From Paraphysomonas bandaiensis (taxonomy: Eukaryota; Protista; Chrysophyceae): a DNA stretch of 64,000 bases. Each line of letters begins with the position of its first letter. Within the stretch, counting starts at the first letter, position 1. Where the stretch lies: positions 1 through 64,000 of the forward strand of contig CBFFRP010000164.1 of NCBI GenBank assembly GCA_965644295.1. The letters run 5' to 3'. Shown here piece after piece: positions 10,698 through 22,200 of the stretch. The position numbers were made by a program, and so were the translations under genes. The notes below the pieces were generated by a model that saw only the letters and a list, made by a program, of their open reading frames with translations, ran no database searches and had not been told where the DNA came from.

Positions 10698-13600
10698 ATG
10701 AGCACGAATTGGGTTTGTCCTATATGTCAAACTTCTTGCTCTGGACATAACTGCAGCACGTGTCACCTCAATCATAACGTGGTACAATTTTCAACGACCA
10801 GTGAATGCACTACTGTACTCGATACTGCAGAATCTATTTTTATGAAGTGTGTATGGTATCATACATCTTCACCACACGCATCAGATGAACTTCCGTTAAA
10901 TATGAATGAACTCTCTATTAAAATCCAGGAGTTTATTCAATCTACTGAGGTTTCCACTCTTAATGAATCGAACTGGAAGATCAGAGATGCTCTTTATGAC
11001 ACTTTACGATCAGCGTTACGTGGAAAAAAACATATTTCACTGCTTCAAACGGACATGGACCGTAATTCCATCTCACTTTATGCTGTATTTGTAGCCAGAG
11101 TCAGAAACCGATTAGAACGTGAGGCTGATATCCATCAGGATGATTCACTTCCAGTCGTCGATAAACCTGTAATCCCAGCTGAAGAAACTTGGCCGTGTCC
11201 AATATGCAAACGCTTAATAGCTAAATGTGAATCCTCATGCTCGACCTGTGATGTACGTCAAGATGTGATTGATATGGCCACTATCGGTACGGCAGCCCCA
11301 TTACTGGAGTCAGTTGAGAGTGTATTTATGAAGTGCGTTGACCACTATGAAAGCAGTAGTGAGAATAATACTCTGGCTCATAGTGAGCTAGTTGCTAAAG
11401 TGGAAGACGTGCTATCGTCGGCTGACATGGTTTGTGTTATTGCTGCAAACTGGCATATAAAGGATTTGGTGGCTCATTTACTGAGATCTATTCTCGGAAA
11501 TGAGAAACAGATAACCTTCAGCTCGCACATACTTGAATGGATCGATGTAAATTCCACTGCCTTATTTACAATACTGGTTGACAGAATTAACGAGAAATTG
11601 GAAAATAGAAGTCTGAGTGCTAGATATTCTGTGCAGCGGCCCCTCGTTTTCACGGAATCTTGGTGCTGCCCATGCTGTGGCGATGTAAATGCTATTTCAA
11701 CTCAGGAGTGTCCCGCGTGTGCCGTGCACAAAAAAGTGATATCTATTTGTAAAGCAGGCAATGTTGCTATTGTAATTCACGCTGCGTACAGTCTCTTTAT
11801 GGCATGCGTCGATTTCCTCGAGGGAGAAGGATGCGATGATGCACGTCGATTGGAACTCACTGAAACTGGAGAAGCCCTCCTTTCGTCAGAAGATATGACC
11901 ACGGCAGTACAGTCCGGATGGAATATTAAAGATTCAATAGCGCATTTATTACGGTCTATTATCTCCGGCATAAAGCATGTAACTGTAAATTCATCGATAA
12001 TGATGGATAAAAATTCCACTGCTCTGTATATGTTACTAGTCGATAGAATAAATGAAAATTTGAACAACCGAAAGCTTCAGAGTATATATAGTGTTGAGCG
12101 TCCTGTGGTATACCGGTTAGAGATCGGTGACACTTGGGCGTGCCCTAACTGTTCCATGTCCGCGATTCCTTCCGACACGAATAATTGTCCGGCTTGCAAC
12201 ACATGCCAAAACGTTCTGAGTATGTCGACGACGGGGCAAGCAGCCCCAGTGCTAAGGTCTGCTGAGAAAATGTTCATGGAATGCATTGACTTTCAGGAAA
12301 ATTGTGCCCTTAGTAGTGTTGAAAAAGCGCTGAAGCTTGATGAGCTGACAGCTAAAGTGGAGACGTTATTGCTATCCCCGGAAATGGCGTCCACAGTAGA
12401 GTCCAATTGGCTCATCAAGGACGCTGTGGCACACTTACTAAGGAGCGCACTCGAAGGTACCAAAAATATCAGCTTCACTTCGTCTTCATGGATGGATTTG
12501 AATTCCACTGCTCTATATAAAATACTTGCAACGAGAATAAATTGTTCCCTGGATCGGAGTAACCTAAGTGGAAGTTATGTTGTCGAATGTCCTGACACTC
12601 CTTCCATGACTTGGACCTGTCCTGGGTGTAAATCGGACATCCCAAATGCCACAGCTGCTTGTGGTAAGTGCAATGTACAGAAGAGAGTGGTGTCGATATC
12701 TTGTAGCGGTCAAGTTTCTCCTTTATTGCAGTCAGCAGAAAGTGTTTTTTTATCTTGTGTGGAGAGTCAGAATAGCGACGAGGCACAATTCAACTGTGAT
12801 GTATTGGCAGCTCAAATCGAGAATATTTTAACATCTGAGCTCATGAATGATCTACTTGAAGCCGGTTGGCACGTGCAGGGTGCTTTTGCACATGTACTGC
12901 GCTCCGCACTCAAGGGAGAAAAATTGATTGAGCTCGATCCCACGACATGGGCTGATGAAGACGACTATTGGTTGACAACGATATTTGTTGATCGCATTGA
13001 ATGCAGACTTAAAGCATCACAGGATAATGCCTCCTTGTCTCAATACCGGTTTAATATCCCACCTGTGGGGCAGCTCCGTTGGGCATGCCCACTCTGCTGT
13101 GCTAGAGTCTCGCTACAAGTCGAAAAATGTGAGTGCGGTGTCGACAAGAAGGTCACAATCATTGCACGTCTAAAGCGTAACACTGATCTTTTCAATCGGG
13201 CCAAACATATTATACGAAGTATAAAAAGCATATACTCTTCAGAAGAGGATTTCAGCGTGTTGACAGATAGTATAGAGTCATTTTTAAATAGTTCCGAGAT
13301 GTGGGACCTAGAATCTAGAAATTTTCATTTACGGGATATATTCATTGTCTTATTTCATCGGCTAATGAATAGGATGACAACTTCGATTGATTTCGATACT
13401 GGTGCAGCGGATATCAATTCACGTGCTCTATATGGAACGTTCATTCGTTGGTTTCAATCAGAGTGTGACAGGGAAGGTATTGAGCTGCATAAAGCACTCC
13501 AGATGCCTTGCGAAGAGGCTTATGTTGATTTGTCGAAACAACAATTTCCTGTTCCTACGAATGCCATGAACTTACTCCTTCGAAGCAAGACATTGATTCT

Positions 13601-15788
13601 ATGTATAGCGAAGGATATCGTGGGTAATGATGATATGTCTGAAGGAAAGGAACATAGAGAAGGCATTGATATGATAGTTGAGAAATTACAGAACAGCGGG
13701 TGGTGCATTCGGGACGCCGTGCAGCTCATGCGTTTTCAGGTTCGAGACTTGGACAATCTGACGAATCAGTGCGATCAAAGCTCGAAGGCTGTTATTGAGG
13801 CTATATATCGTTTCGTTTTATGCGCAGATAGTTTTAAAAAAGAATCTGAGGTACCATTTTCGCGCCCCAAGTGTTCTACGGGCTCAGATGACGAGAGCGA
13901 GGAAGATATGCTTCGACGAGCCATTGCAGAAAGTCTAAAGGTTCAACCTGACACTGAAACGACGACAAATGAAACTCTGAATCCAATCAATACCACAGCC
14001 GAAGTTCTTCAGTGTCTTGTTAGTGAAGCCCATTCATATGACGAGACCGAGGAAGATATGCTTCGACAAGCCATTGCAGAAAGTCTAAAGGATCAACCTG
14101 GCATTAGTTCTGTAACAGAGAGTATTGCAACTCCGAATTCAGCCCATACGACAGTCGAAGATCTTCCGAGTACGACGGAAGCTACCGATATGGATGATTT
14201 ATATGTCACCGTTGAGTGTCGTCATCAGAAGATAATGTCCCAGCCGTCGATATCAAGACAGTCATCCGGGCAAGATGTTCCTAAGTTTAAATGGGAAGAT
14301 ATTGAAAGCATTGTTTGTGACAAGAATTTGGGAGAGGGATCGTATGGCATAGTCGTGGAGGGTACTTGGAAGAAACACACGATCGCTATTAAAGTTCTCA
14401 GACAGGTTGAAGGTGTGTCGTATGATCAGTGTGTTGAAGTTGCGATGAAAGAGGTCGACATCATCATGTTTGCTCAGCGAAATATTGTAAACAAGAATTC
14501 AATCATCTGCGTTCATGGAATCGTCGAAGGTGAGATTCCGGACTCCCTTTGTCATCTTAGATCTATGACAATGAAAAGTAAAGCTGTTGGTATAATGATG
14601 CGAAAGGAGAAACAGTCTTTAGATTCCCTGCTTCATAGTTGCGAAGCGCCAAGGATGGATTTTCCATTTCTTGTGTATTTATTGAAAATTATATGCGATG
14701 TCATGATGGAGTTGCATGAGGTGTGTGTTGTCCATGGGGACTTGAAGCCGAAAAATATTCTTGTGACACATTACAATCCACCTGAGATACGACTAATAGA
14801 TTTCGGCAACGCCGACGTAAAAGTGGAGGATATGCAGCTGTCAGCAACTATGAATTTTACTGCTAATAAACATGGAACACGCGTTTATTCTGCGCCGGAG
14901 ATGCTGAATCCACGTCGTATCGCGAAAGCTTCTCGTGTGACTGATGTTTATGCATTTGGAATTATCATGTGGGAAGTTCTATCACGCCAGAAACCGGCGA
15001 ATCACATTGATTGCAAGGGCAATACTTTTGAATATGCAGTTGCGAGTGGGGCAAGGCCATCCTTGTGTGAATTGCATGATAGTACGCCTCAATCACTGGT
15101 TGATTTGTTGACCGCATGCTGGCATTTCGATGCCAATAAACGACCATCATTTCAAGAAATATTCGCCGTGTTGAGTCACTATCATAATGTACTGATGGGA
15201 TGCAAGTTTGACATTTTCTTTTCTCATGCCTATTCTTCTAAAGCCTTCTTGTCCCACGTATATTGCTACCTTTCCAAGATAGGTTTTAGGTAAGTGTTTC
15301 AGTTCCGGTGGAGTGTAATGTGACTTTTCTGTGATCTAGGGTATGGTACGATGAGAACGAAATGGTATATATTGGCAAACATGTAGTATTAAAGTGTACT
15401 AATATTTAATTTATAGGGATACAATTTGGAACGATCAATGGTAGAAGGGATTCAAAATAGTACAGTATTTATGGCATGTATCAACCGCACTTACCAGTGC
15501 AGAGAATTCTGTAGGAAAGAGCTCCAATGGGCGCTAGATTATAAGAAACCGATTGTGGTATTAGTCACGGAGGAGGACCCATCTACATGGGCTAACAGCG
15601 AAATTATGTCAAGCTGTCGGCTGATTGACAGACTCTACGTTGATCTATCAAGCCTCGCAACAAAGTATGAATGGGAAAATATGAGGGAAGAAGTTGACCA
15701 AGATGCGAAAAGAAGTTTACGTCAAAAGCTGGGTAAACTTATTTTGATACTTAAAGAACTTAATTGCCACGCATCGCTGTTACCGTAG
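10698..15788 (+). CDS. Six RanBP2/NZF-type zinc finger + helical repeats, 2 UIMs, TKL-like protein kinase, C-terminal TIR domain; exons 10698-15289, 15340-15364, 15417-15788
   Basis: WxCxxC...CxxC units about every 157-160 aa. EEDMLRxAIAESLK occurs twice. Kinase motifs GEGSYG, IAIK, HGDLKPKN, DFG, APE. GT-AG introns 15290-15339 and 15365-15416 splice in frame to give DIFFSHA...GFRVWYDENEMGYNLERSMVEGIQNS...FCRKELQWA. Confidence 0.92.
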
Positions 15789-16061
15789 TAGTGATATTCA
15801 TAATTCGTGGTATAGTGAAACTGTACGTCATTGTTCATCTGTCCTTCAGCCAGTGATTATTTTCATTATTATTAATTTTATATTCTTGTGTATACAGAAC
15901 TATTTTATATGACACTGAACTACAACACTTTGTTAGTTTAACTTGCCACAATAAACGTTAATGGGCACAATTCGTCATTGTGTGTGTCGTAAGGTAGGAA
16001 CTCAGGAAGTTATAATGCAGATTAAGCTTAGAAATAGTAAGAAGAATCAGGCTTGCGTAGC

Positions 16062-16297
16062 AATTAATTGGCTTTCAATTTATTGGCATTAATTGCCAAC
16101 TAATTGGATTACCAATTAAATTAATTGGTTTTAGAAGTGATAATTTCAATTATTATTATTCGTAATTGTTGCCAATTAAATTAATTGGTTTTAGAAGTGA
16201 TAATTTCAATAATTATTATTGGTAATTGTTACCAATTAAATTAATTGGTTTTAGAAGTGATAATTTTAATTATTATTGGTAATTGCTGCCAATTAAT
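16062..16297. repeat. AT-rich 60-bp tandem repeat (~3 copies) built of palindromes
   Basis: Units start near 16111, 16171 and 16231. Each contains CCAATTAA-A-TTAATTGG. Confidence 0.9.
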
Positions 16298-16523
16298 AGG
16301 CTTCTGAAGATATGTAGTTATCCCCATTCTGTCTCAAAAAAAGCTTTTTTTTGACCTGATTTGGGCTCAACAGAACGCTCATATTAGCACCGGGCTAATA
16401 TAGACATTCAACTTCAATATTCGGTTCGAACAGAACATATCGTTTATTGAATACGATATTGACAGTTATTTAAAAAAAAATTTAAACCGACTTTATCATT
16501 ACATTACTCAATTTAGGAAGATA

Positions 16524-17355
16524 ATGAATAAACTTTCAGCCGCAGATATCCAAACACTCCGAGAAATATTTGGCTCGTCGTCTGATGAAGAAGACCACGA
16601 TGACGTCAATGCAAGGGATCTCACTTCTAACTCAGGACTTCGCAGAAATACGTCCAGCGTTTTGATGGAGAGTTCAAATTCCAAAGCCGATGCTGAAGGT
16701 GATTTGGAGCAGTGGCACTCATTCCTTTCAGGGTTTGGGTTACGGCGAGCCTGCATCGACAAGTTCTTTTCTTGGCGTGCCTCATACGATACAGTGAACA
16801 CATCACTTTTTATGTCCCTTTTGAAGTATTTTGACTTTCAGAGAGAACAACTGAATAATGATAACCAACGTATGTATGCACCAACAACAATGCAATTTTT
16901 TCAAGATATTGGGCTTTTACGGGACGTGGAGATCTGAAAATGTTGTGCCCACTTCTTGAAACTAATCTGAGTAAGTGGGAAAAGACATATAAAGTTAAAA
17001 AGGCCTATACATTTGAAAAAGAACATCTCGGTAAGCAATAGCTAAAAAGCTTAAACTTTGACAGTATATTTTGTAGCACAATATTTGCGTCTGCCTGATA
17101 CTGAAATTCGTTCTCCTCGCAAGGCATATATTTGCGTTGGAAGTGCACTTGTGGCGCACGCAGTAACTTGCATCAATTTCAATTTGAGGACATTGAATTA
17201 TGATATTCTGCAGCCCGAAGAAGTCACTGCTACCATGTCACAGGGAATCCAATGAAACAGCAACACAGACCGTACTTGGCAAATAATATCTGGGACGCTT
17301 GAAATTAAAACTCTTGATAATTATATTGCTGCCTTTCCACCTGAATTACAAACAG
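16524..17355 (+). pseudogene. Tyrosine recombinase, 5' part (frameshifted; intron 17031-17076)
   Basis: MYAPTT ... KWEKTYKVKKAYTFEKEHL ... RKAYICVG ... GARS (catalytic Arg region) ... PPELQT, then a donor GT at 17356. Confidence 0.75.
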
Positions 17356-17389
17356 GTATGTACTCTCAACAACCTCAATATAGTATTAT

Positions 17390-18300
17390 GGACAATACCA
17401 CGCATCCTAGTGACAGTAACAATTTCGTCACCAGGAGAATACGCGATAGAGGAGTTACCATCATCATCAGACGATGATGACTCCACCTCTTGCGCTGATT
17501 ATACAGATATAAACATGTCATAATAATATAATATCTACAACACAACAACATACCAGAGATTGATTACTATCGTCTGAGTCATTGACGATTATATCACCAC
17601 AATCCCAGCCCTCCTCCCTCCTCCTGGCATCAAGCCTCGCCTTCTTTGCACGTGCTTCTCTCTTCTTTCAACATTTGTCTTCTTCCTCGCCGCACGCTGC
17701 TCTTCTCTGCCGGGGTATACATTGGGCAAGACTCCGACCATATCGGTAGGTGTGTAGAACCATCACAATTCCGGACGACAACTCGTGGAGGTATCTTCCT
17801 TGCGTCGGAAGTTTTGTTCTCGTTGTGTAGAACACAAGCCGTAGCCTTGACCCTCCTAATTCCGTCTGCATGGGATCCACATAGCCCTCCGCGTACTCCT
17901 CTATGTCTGCATTCCACTTCAAAATCGGACACTCCAGTCCCACTGAATAGGACATCTCTTAGTGGAATAAATATTCCACCAATTTTGGTGACAAAATCTT
18001 GAGCACTATTACTCTTGGGAGAAATCTCCAGCCACTCTTTCCATTGCTCGGCCACCTTCGGCTTATGCGTTGAATATTGTTCTATCATTTTCTTGCACAG
18101 AGCTCTGAAGTTAACTCAAAAGATCCAGCTATGAAGGGGGCTGGGGAAAAGTCACCGCTTGGAAGATTCTTCAAGAAGTTCAAGGGCTTCTCACTAGGGA
18201 GAGGATAACTCTGCACTTCACAAAGTTGAGCAACGAGGCCACAGAGAGACTGCTGGTTAGTGTCCTCGACAATTTCGATGTATTCCTCTGATGTATGCCC
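17390..18300 (-). pseudogene. Putative transposase C-terminal remnant of the TIR element
   Basis: Frameshifted reading SEEYIEIVED...FLKNLPSGDFSPAPFIAGS / KKMIEQY...EQWKEWLE. From memory it resembles the C-terminus of DUF7869-type putative transposases (unverified). No DDE core is visible. Confidence 0.4.
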
Positions 18301-19593
18301 GATATGATGTCGTTTAGGAGTGATCCTGACAACACCCCACTTAAATTGTACATTGACTTAGAGGTCCATGATAAGTGCGGGTCACTATATAACTATATCG
18401 TATTGTCTGCTCATTTCAACACGAGGTTGGATAGGTTGGCCATAGGTCGTGCCGTCGTCGAAGACAGGAGAGGCCAGAGGTTTTATGTGGGATGCTTACT
18501 CCGGACCAAGTGCGTCTACCCACTGTACGACATCATGCTGCTACCGTTAGCAGATGGCACAATGGAACAGTGGTTCCGCTTACCAGGGATCACGAAGTGC
18601 AGGAGTGATTACCTATATATTCCTCTGGAGTTTGAGGACCACGATAGAGTGATATCTTCCTTGAGCCATTGGTTTAAAGTCCAAGGCTTTACCTATGATC
18701 CGGAAAGAGGATCTAACCAGGATGATTCGGGGTCGCTAGTTTTTGAACCGGATGACTTGAACCTGGAACCCTCTAGGATTAATAAACGAAAGGGGGCTGG
18801 CCGGAGAACCAACAAGGCCTCTGCACGCAACAGTTTAGTGGTGCCGAAGAAGGTGGGTGTAAGCTGCAAGAAGGCCCGTGCCACGAAGAAAGCGCAGGAA
18901 CTGACCGAGAAGATTACTTCCAAGAAACCCAAGCGGAGTAAAAAGTCGTGAAAAATGTCTGCTTTTATGCTTCTGATGTATTATTTAACTTTTCACTTCT
19001 TGTGCAGGGGCACCACCATCGTGAAGAAGTAATCACGATTGAGGATATGGGTATTTCTCCTCCACCCTCTCTCCCATCCACCAGCAGAATGGGGGTATTC
19101 CTCACCCACCCCCTCCCCTCCACCAGGATGCTGTCGTTAAAGAGTTGATGCAGCAACTGAAAGAGTCCCAGGCTATGAATAAGGAGATGAGAGACGAGAT
19201 GATGAAGCAGATCGTATCAAGCAAAGAAGTGGCTCCCTCACCTGTACAGCAGGACCGTCCTGCTCATCAGCCTGCTTCTATTGTTGGTGCTTCCGAACCG
19301 CCTGTACCTCCTACCATCCCCGTCGTGCCATGCACTACTTCTCTTGGTGCATGTGGCGTTACTGGGGGGCCACTTGTACCTCACGCTGTTCGTTTTGATG
19401 CAACAAGTTCTCTCATGTAATACTCAGATCTTTATTATACTAATACTGTTCGTTTTGACAATGATCATTATTCTTATATGTTTATGTTAGCAATTCAAGA
19501 TCAAAGCGAACGACTGCATCGACTGCATGATGCTGAGAAGAAGAATGTCTTGTATGAGAACTTAGTATAATATTGCAGAATTATTTCAAATGA
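18295..19593 (+). pseudogene. Accessory gene of the TIR element (basic K-rich region, Pro-rich region, coiled-coil C-terminus), copy 1
   Basis: ORFs 18295-18951 and 19145-19420 plus a terminal piece QDQSERLHRLHDAEKKN. Homologous to 25955-26907 on the minus strand. Confidence 0.65.
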
Positions 19594-19929
19594 AATATCT
19601 TTTATGATGAATCGTAATTAATTTATGGATATTGTCTGCAATTTATTACTTCTTCATGTATGTGTTGTCTGTGTATAATATATAGTAGTTACTTTGATGT
19701 GAGATATTACAGTAGATTTATATATGAAAAGTAACTATATGAAACAATATTTTAGTAAAATATTTTAAAAATATATATAATTGAAAATATACAACAACTA
19801 TATTGTAATTAACATTAACCCTAGTCTTCAAATAAGTACTTATATGACACTTTTCCAAACCTGTGGTGAAATCGCTTTACCAGGTTTCACGATCATATCG
19901 ACTTTTAGTGTTACTATATATATGTCCAG

Positions 19930-20043
19930 GTCAATTTTTTCGAAAGTTTATATGTGACACGTTACGATAAACTTGTAGCAACTCAATCTGTCATTGGAAA
20001 AAATGTAACTTCAAACTTCGGGAAGAATATTGCCCGAGACTTA
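19930..20043 (+). pseudogene. Tyrosine recombinase, middle exon
   Basis: After acceptor TGTCCAG (19929) it reads GQFFRK(L)YVTRYDKLVATQSVIGKNVTSNFGKNIARDL with one extra T. It continues in frame into GLPTPEMYTGH at 27688. Confidence 0.8.
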
Positions 20044-20336
20044 AAGTCGGTGTGATCATGAAACCTGGTAAAGTGATTTCACCAGGTTTCATATATGGAA
20101 AAGTTTCATATAAGTGCTTATTTGAAGTCTGTATTAATATTAGTTATAACTTAGTTGTTGTATATTATCAATTATATATATTATTTTAAAAATATTTTAC
20201 TAAAATACTGTATTATATTGTTACTTCTCATATAAATCTACTGTATTACTACTTATGAAAATCTCACATCAACGTAACACTACTATATATATATTATGCA
20301 CAGACAACACATACACGAAGTAATAAAATGCAGACA

Positions 20337-20723
20337 TGTAATCTTTCTGATGAGAAAGACCGTGTTTACAACGTTTTATATGAATTTAAAGTGCTTCCCA
20401 AACCGAGAATACACTGTCCAGAACACCAAACCGGTGAAACTGCCTCCTAACACAAGCAAACCGCGAGTATAGAATGAATTAAATTACGTTAAAACGTGTA
20501 AAGAAAAAGTGAAAACATACAACACTCTATCTTGCTGTGAATCATCTACAGTTTACAGTATCATACTTGTACATATACGGGACTTATATCCCTTCAAGAA
20601 TACAGTAACCGCAATGTATACTAAATAAACTGAAAATGAAAGTACAACAGCATGCTACCTAGAGTACCGCAGTATAACACCGTATAACTCCACGTATAAC
20701 AGTAACTACAGGTATGCGTGACA
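20337..20723 (-). repeat. 3' LTR
   Basis: Direct repeat of 25523-25909, adjacent to the PPT. Confidence 0.95.
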
Positions 20724-20976
20724 CTACCCCTTCTCCCTCCAGCTAGAGAAAAGAAATAGGAATACATATCTGGGATAAATAGAAATAATACTTGTATCAG
20801 CCAATAAAGCGTCATTCCAAGCATTAGCAAATAAAAATCCAATTCATGAAATAAAAGTAATAAACATACGTAGAGCAATATTATGATAATAAGTATGAAT
20901 AATAGTATGAATGTTATAATATATATATGTGATATAAGCATGAGATATTAAATAAATAAATAAAAGTAATCAACAA

Positions 20977-22200
20977 TTAGAGGAGAATATTAGGATATTG
21001 TTGGCAGAATGCAGCATCCACCAATACCATAGTAGAAGGATCAAATTCCGTGACTCGACCATAGCAGTGAACGTCATAGGCACTCCATTCATATGTAGAT
21101 TGAAACAACGGGCAATAGAGGTCTATACGTAACTGGCGACGGCCAGCCCACCGCACATAAGAACATTCGACAACATACATCGTTGTATAACAATTCGGCA
21201 GATTAAGTTCATCATAGAAATCTGAACCCCATGCACGCAAATCTACATAAATTGTTTGACCAGGTGACACCCCTTCAATAGGAATACGTTTCAAACGTGC
21301 ACGTTCAGATTTTGCCATAGCAGCAGAAAACAACAGAGGGAACAATTGAGGTTTCTGCTCACAGAACGACTGAAATTGCGAGGTGGAAGCGATATCCTGT
21401 GACCATGGAAGCCATAATAACGAACCATCCTCAAACTGAACTTGGAATTCCATTCGAGAACGAACCTCCGGATCTCCTCGGTATGCAATCACAGCAACCA
21501 CAGTATACTGGTTAAAATCAATTTGCGCAACACGATATGCCTGCTCGGGCGTACCAAAGAACGGTTTGAGCCATGACATGTGCAGCACAACTTCAAAACG
21601 CATCACAACATGCATGCATGTGACATCAGCCTTATACGTGGAAACCACTTCGTAAGGACCTTTGAAACGAGGGTACAATTTGCTGGGCTTGTGTTGAGTT
21701 GGATCCAGCCGCAACAAAACTAAATCACCAGGCTGATATTCGTTCAAAGTATGTGCAGGCGTGGCAGACTTGCGCTTGTCTTGGATCTTGCGCTGAACAT
21801 CCATGGCAACCGCTCGAATCTTCTGTAAGTTCTCATTCAAAATAGACACATAACCCGCAGCAGAAGATTCATCCATAGTTAGTTCACCCAAACGAAAATA
21901 TGGAATATCAACGGTACCAAACACATATTGAAAAGGAGAGAGTCCAGTCTCACTACTGACTTCATCATTCAAAATGAACTGAATCAACATGTAACACTCA
22001 ATATCCCCCCATGAATCTTGCAACCTCTCATCGTGGACTAAACCCTGTAGAAATCGCAACAGCTCTCGATGAGATCGCTCGACCATGTTGGACTCATGAC
22101 GATTAGTTAATGACCCTCGAAATCGAACTTCAAACCACTTCAATAGAAACTCCTCATAGAACTCAGCACTCACGAAAACCAATAATAGCAGTAGATTCAA
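20977..22200 (-). CDS. 5'-truncated Gypsy integrase with GPY/F motif and chromodomain
   Basis: HESNMVER (Glu of DDE), TGLSPF, GDLVLL, KLYPRFKGPYEV, HMSWLKPF, and chromodomain YTVVAVIAYRG...EFQVQFEDGSLLWLPW. The first two Asp residues and the Zn finger are absent. Confidence 0.88.
   Translation of the reverse strand: MNLLLLLVFVSAEFYEEFLLKWFEVRFRGSLTNRHESNMVERSHRELLRFLQGLVHDERLQDSWGDIECYMLIQFILNDEVSSETGLSPFQYVFGTVDIPYFRLGELTMDESSAAGYVSILNENLQKIRAVAMDVQRKIQDKRKSATPAHTLNEYQPGDLVLLRLDPTQHKPSKLYPRFKGPYEVVSTYKADVTCMHVVMRFEVVLHMSWLKPFFGTPEQAYRVAQIDFNQYTVVAVIAYRGDPEVRSRMEFQVQFEDGSLLWLPWSQDIASTSQFQSFCEQKPQLFPLLFSAAMAKSERARLKRIPIEGVSPGQTIYVDLRAWGSDFYDELNLPNCYTTMYVVECSYVRWAGRRQLRIDLYCPLFQSTYEWSAYDVHCYGRVTEFDPSTMVLVDAAFCQQYPNILL

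Larger units (their letters stand above)
17389..19904 (+). mobile_element. Two-gene TIR DNA transposon, copy 1 (left terminus missing, internally deleted), inserted in a YR intron
   Basis: Flanked by TTA (17386-17388, 19905-19907) and ends ...ATCATATCGACTT. Reverse-complement homologous to 20044-27684. Its removal restores a 55-nt GT-AG intron. Confidence 0.8.

Noticed and set aside
1275-15788. Functional link between the LINE OTU and the nearby ubiquitin-binding kinase-TIR gene
   Set aside because: Only proximity supports it, which is weak evidence in a eukaryotic genome, and SMT1 lies between them.
19860-20090. Helitron 3' ends (hairpin followed by ...AG|T)
   Set aside because: The same terminal sequence occurs inverted at 27672-27684 with a TTA duplication. 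Helitrons lack TIRs and TSDs, and no Rep/helicase was seen.
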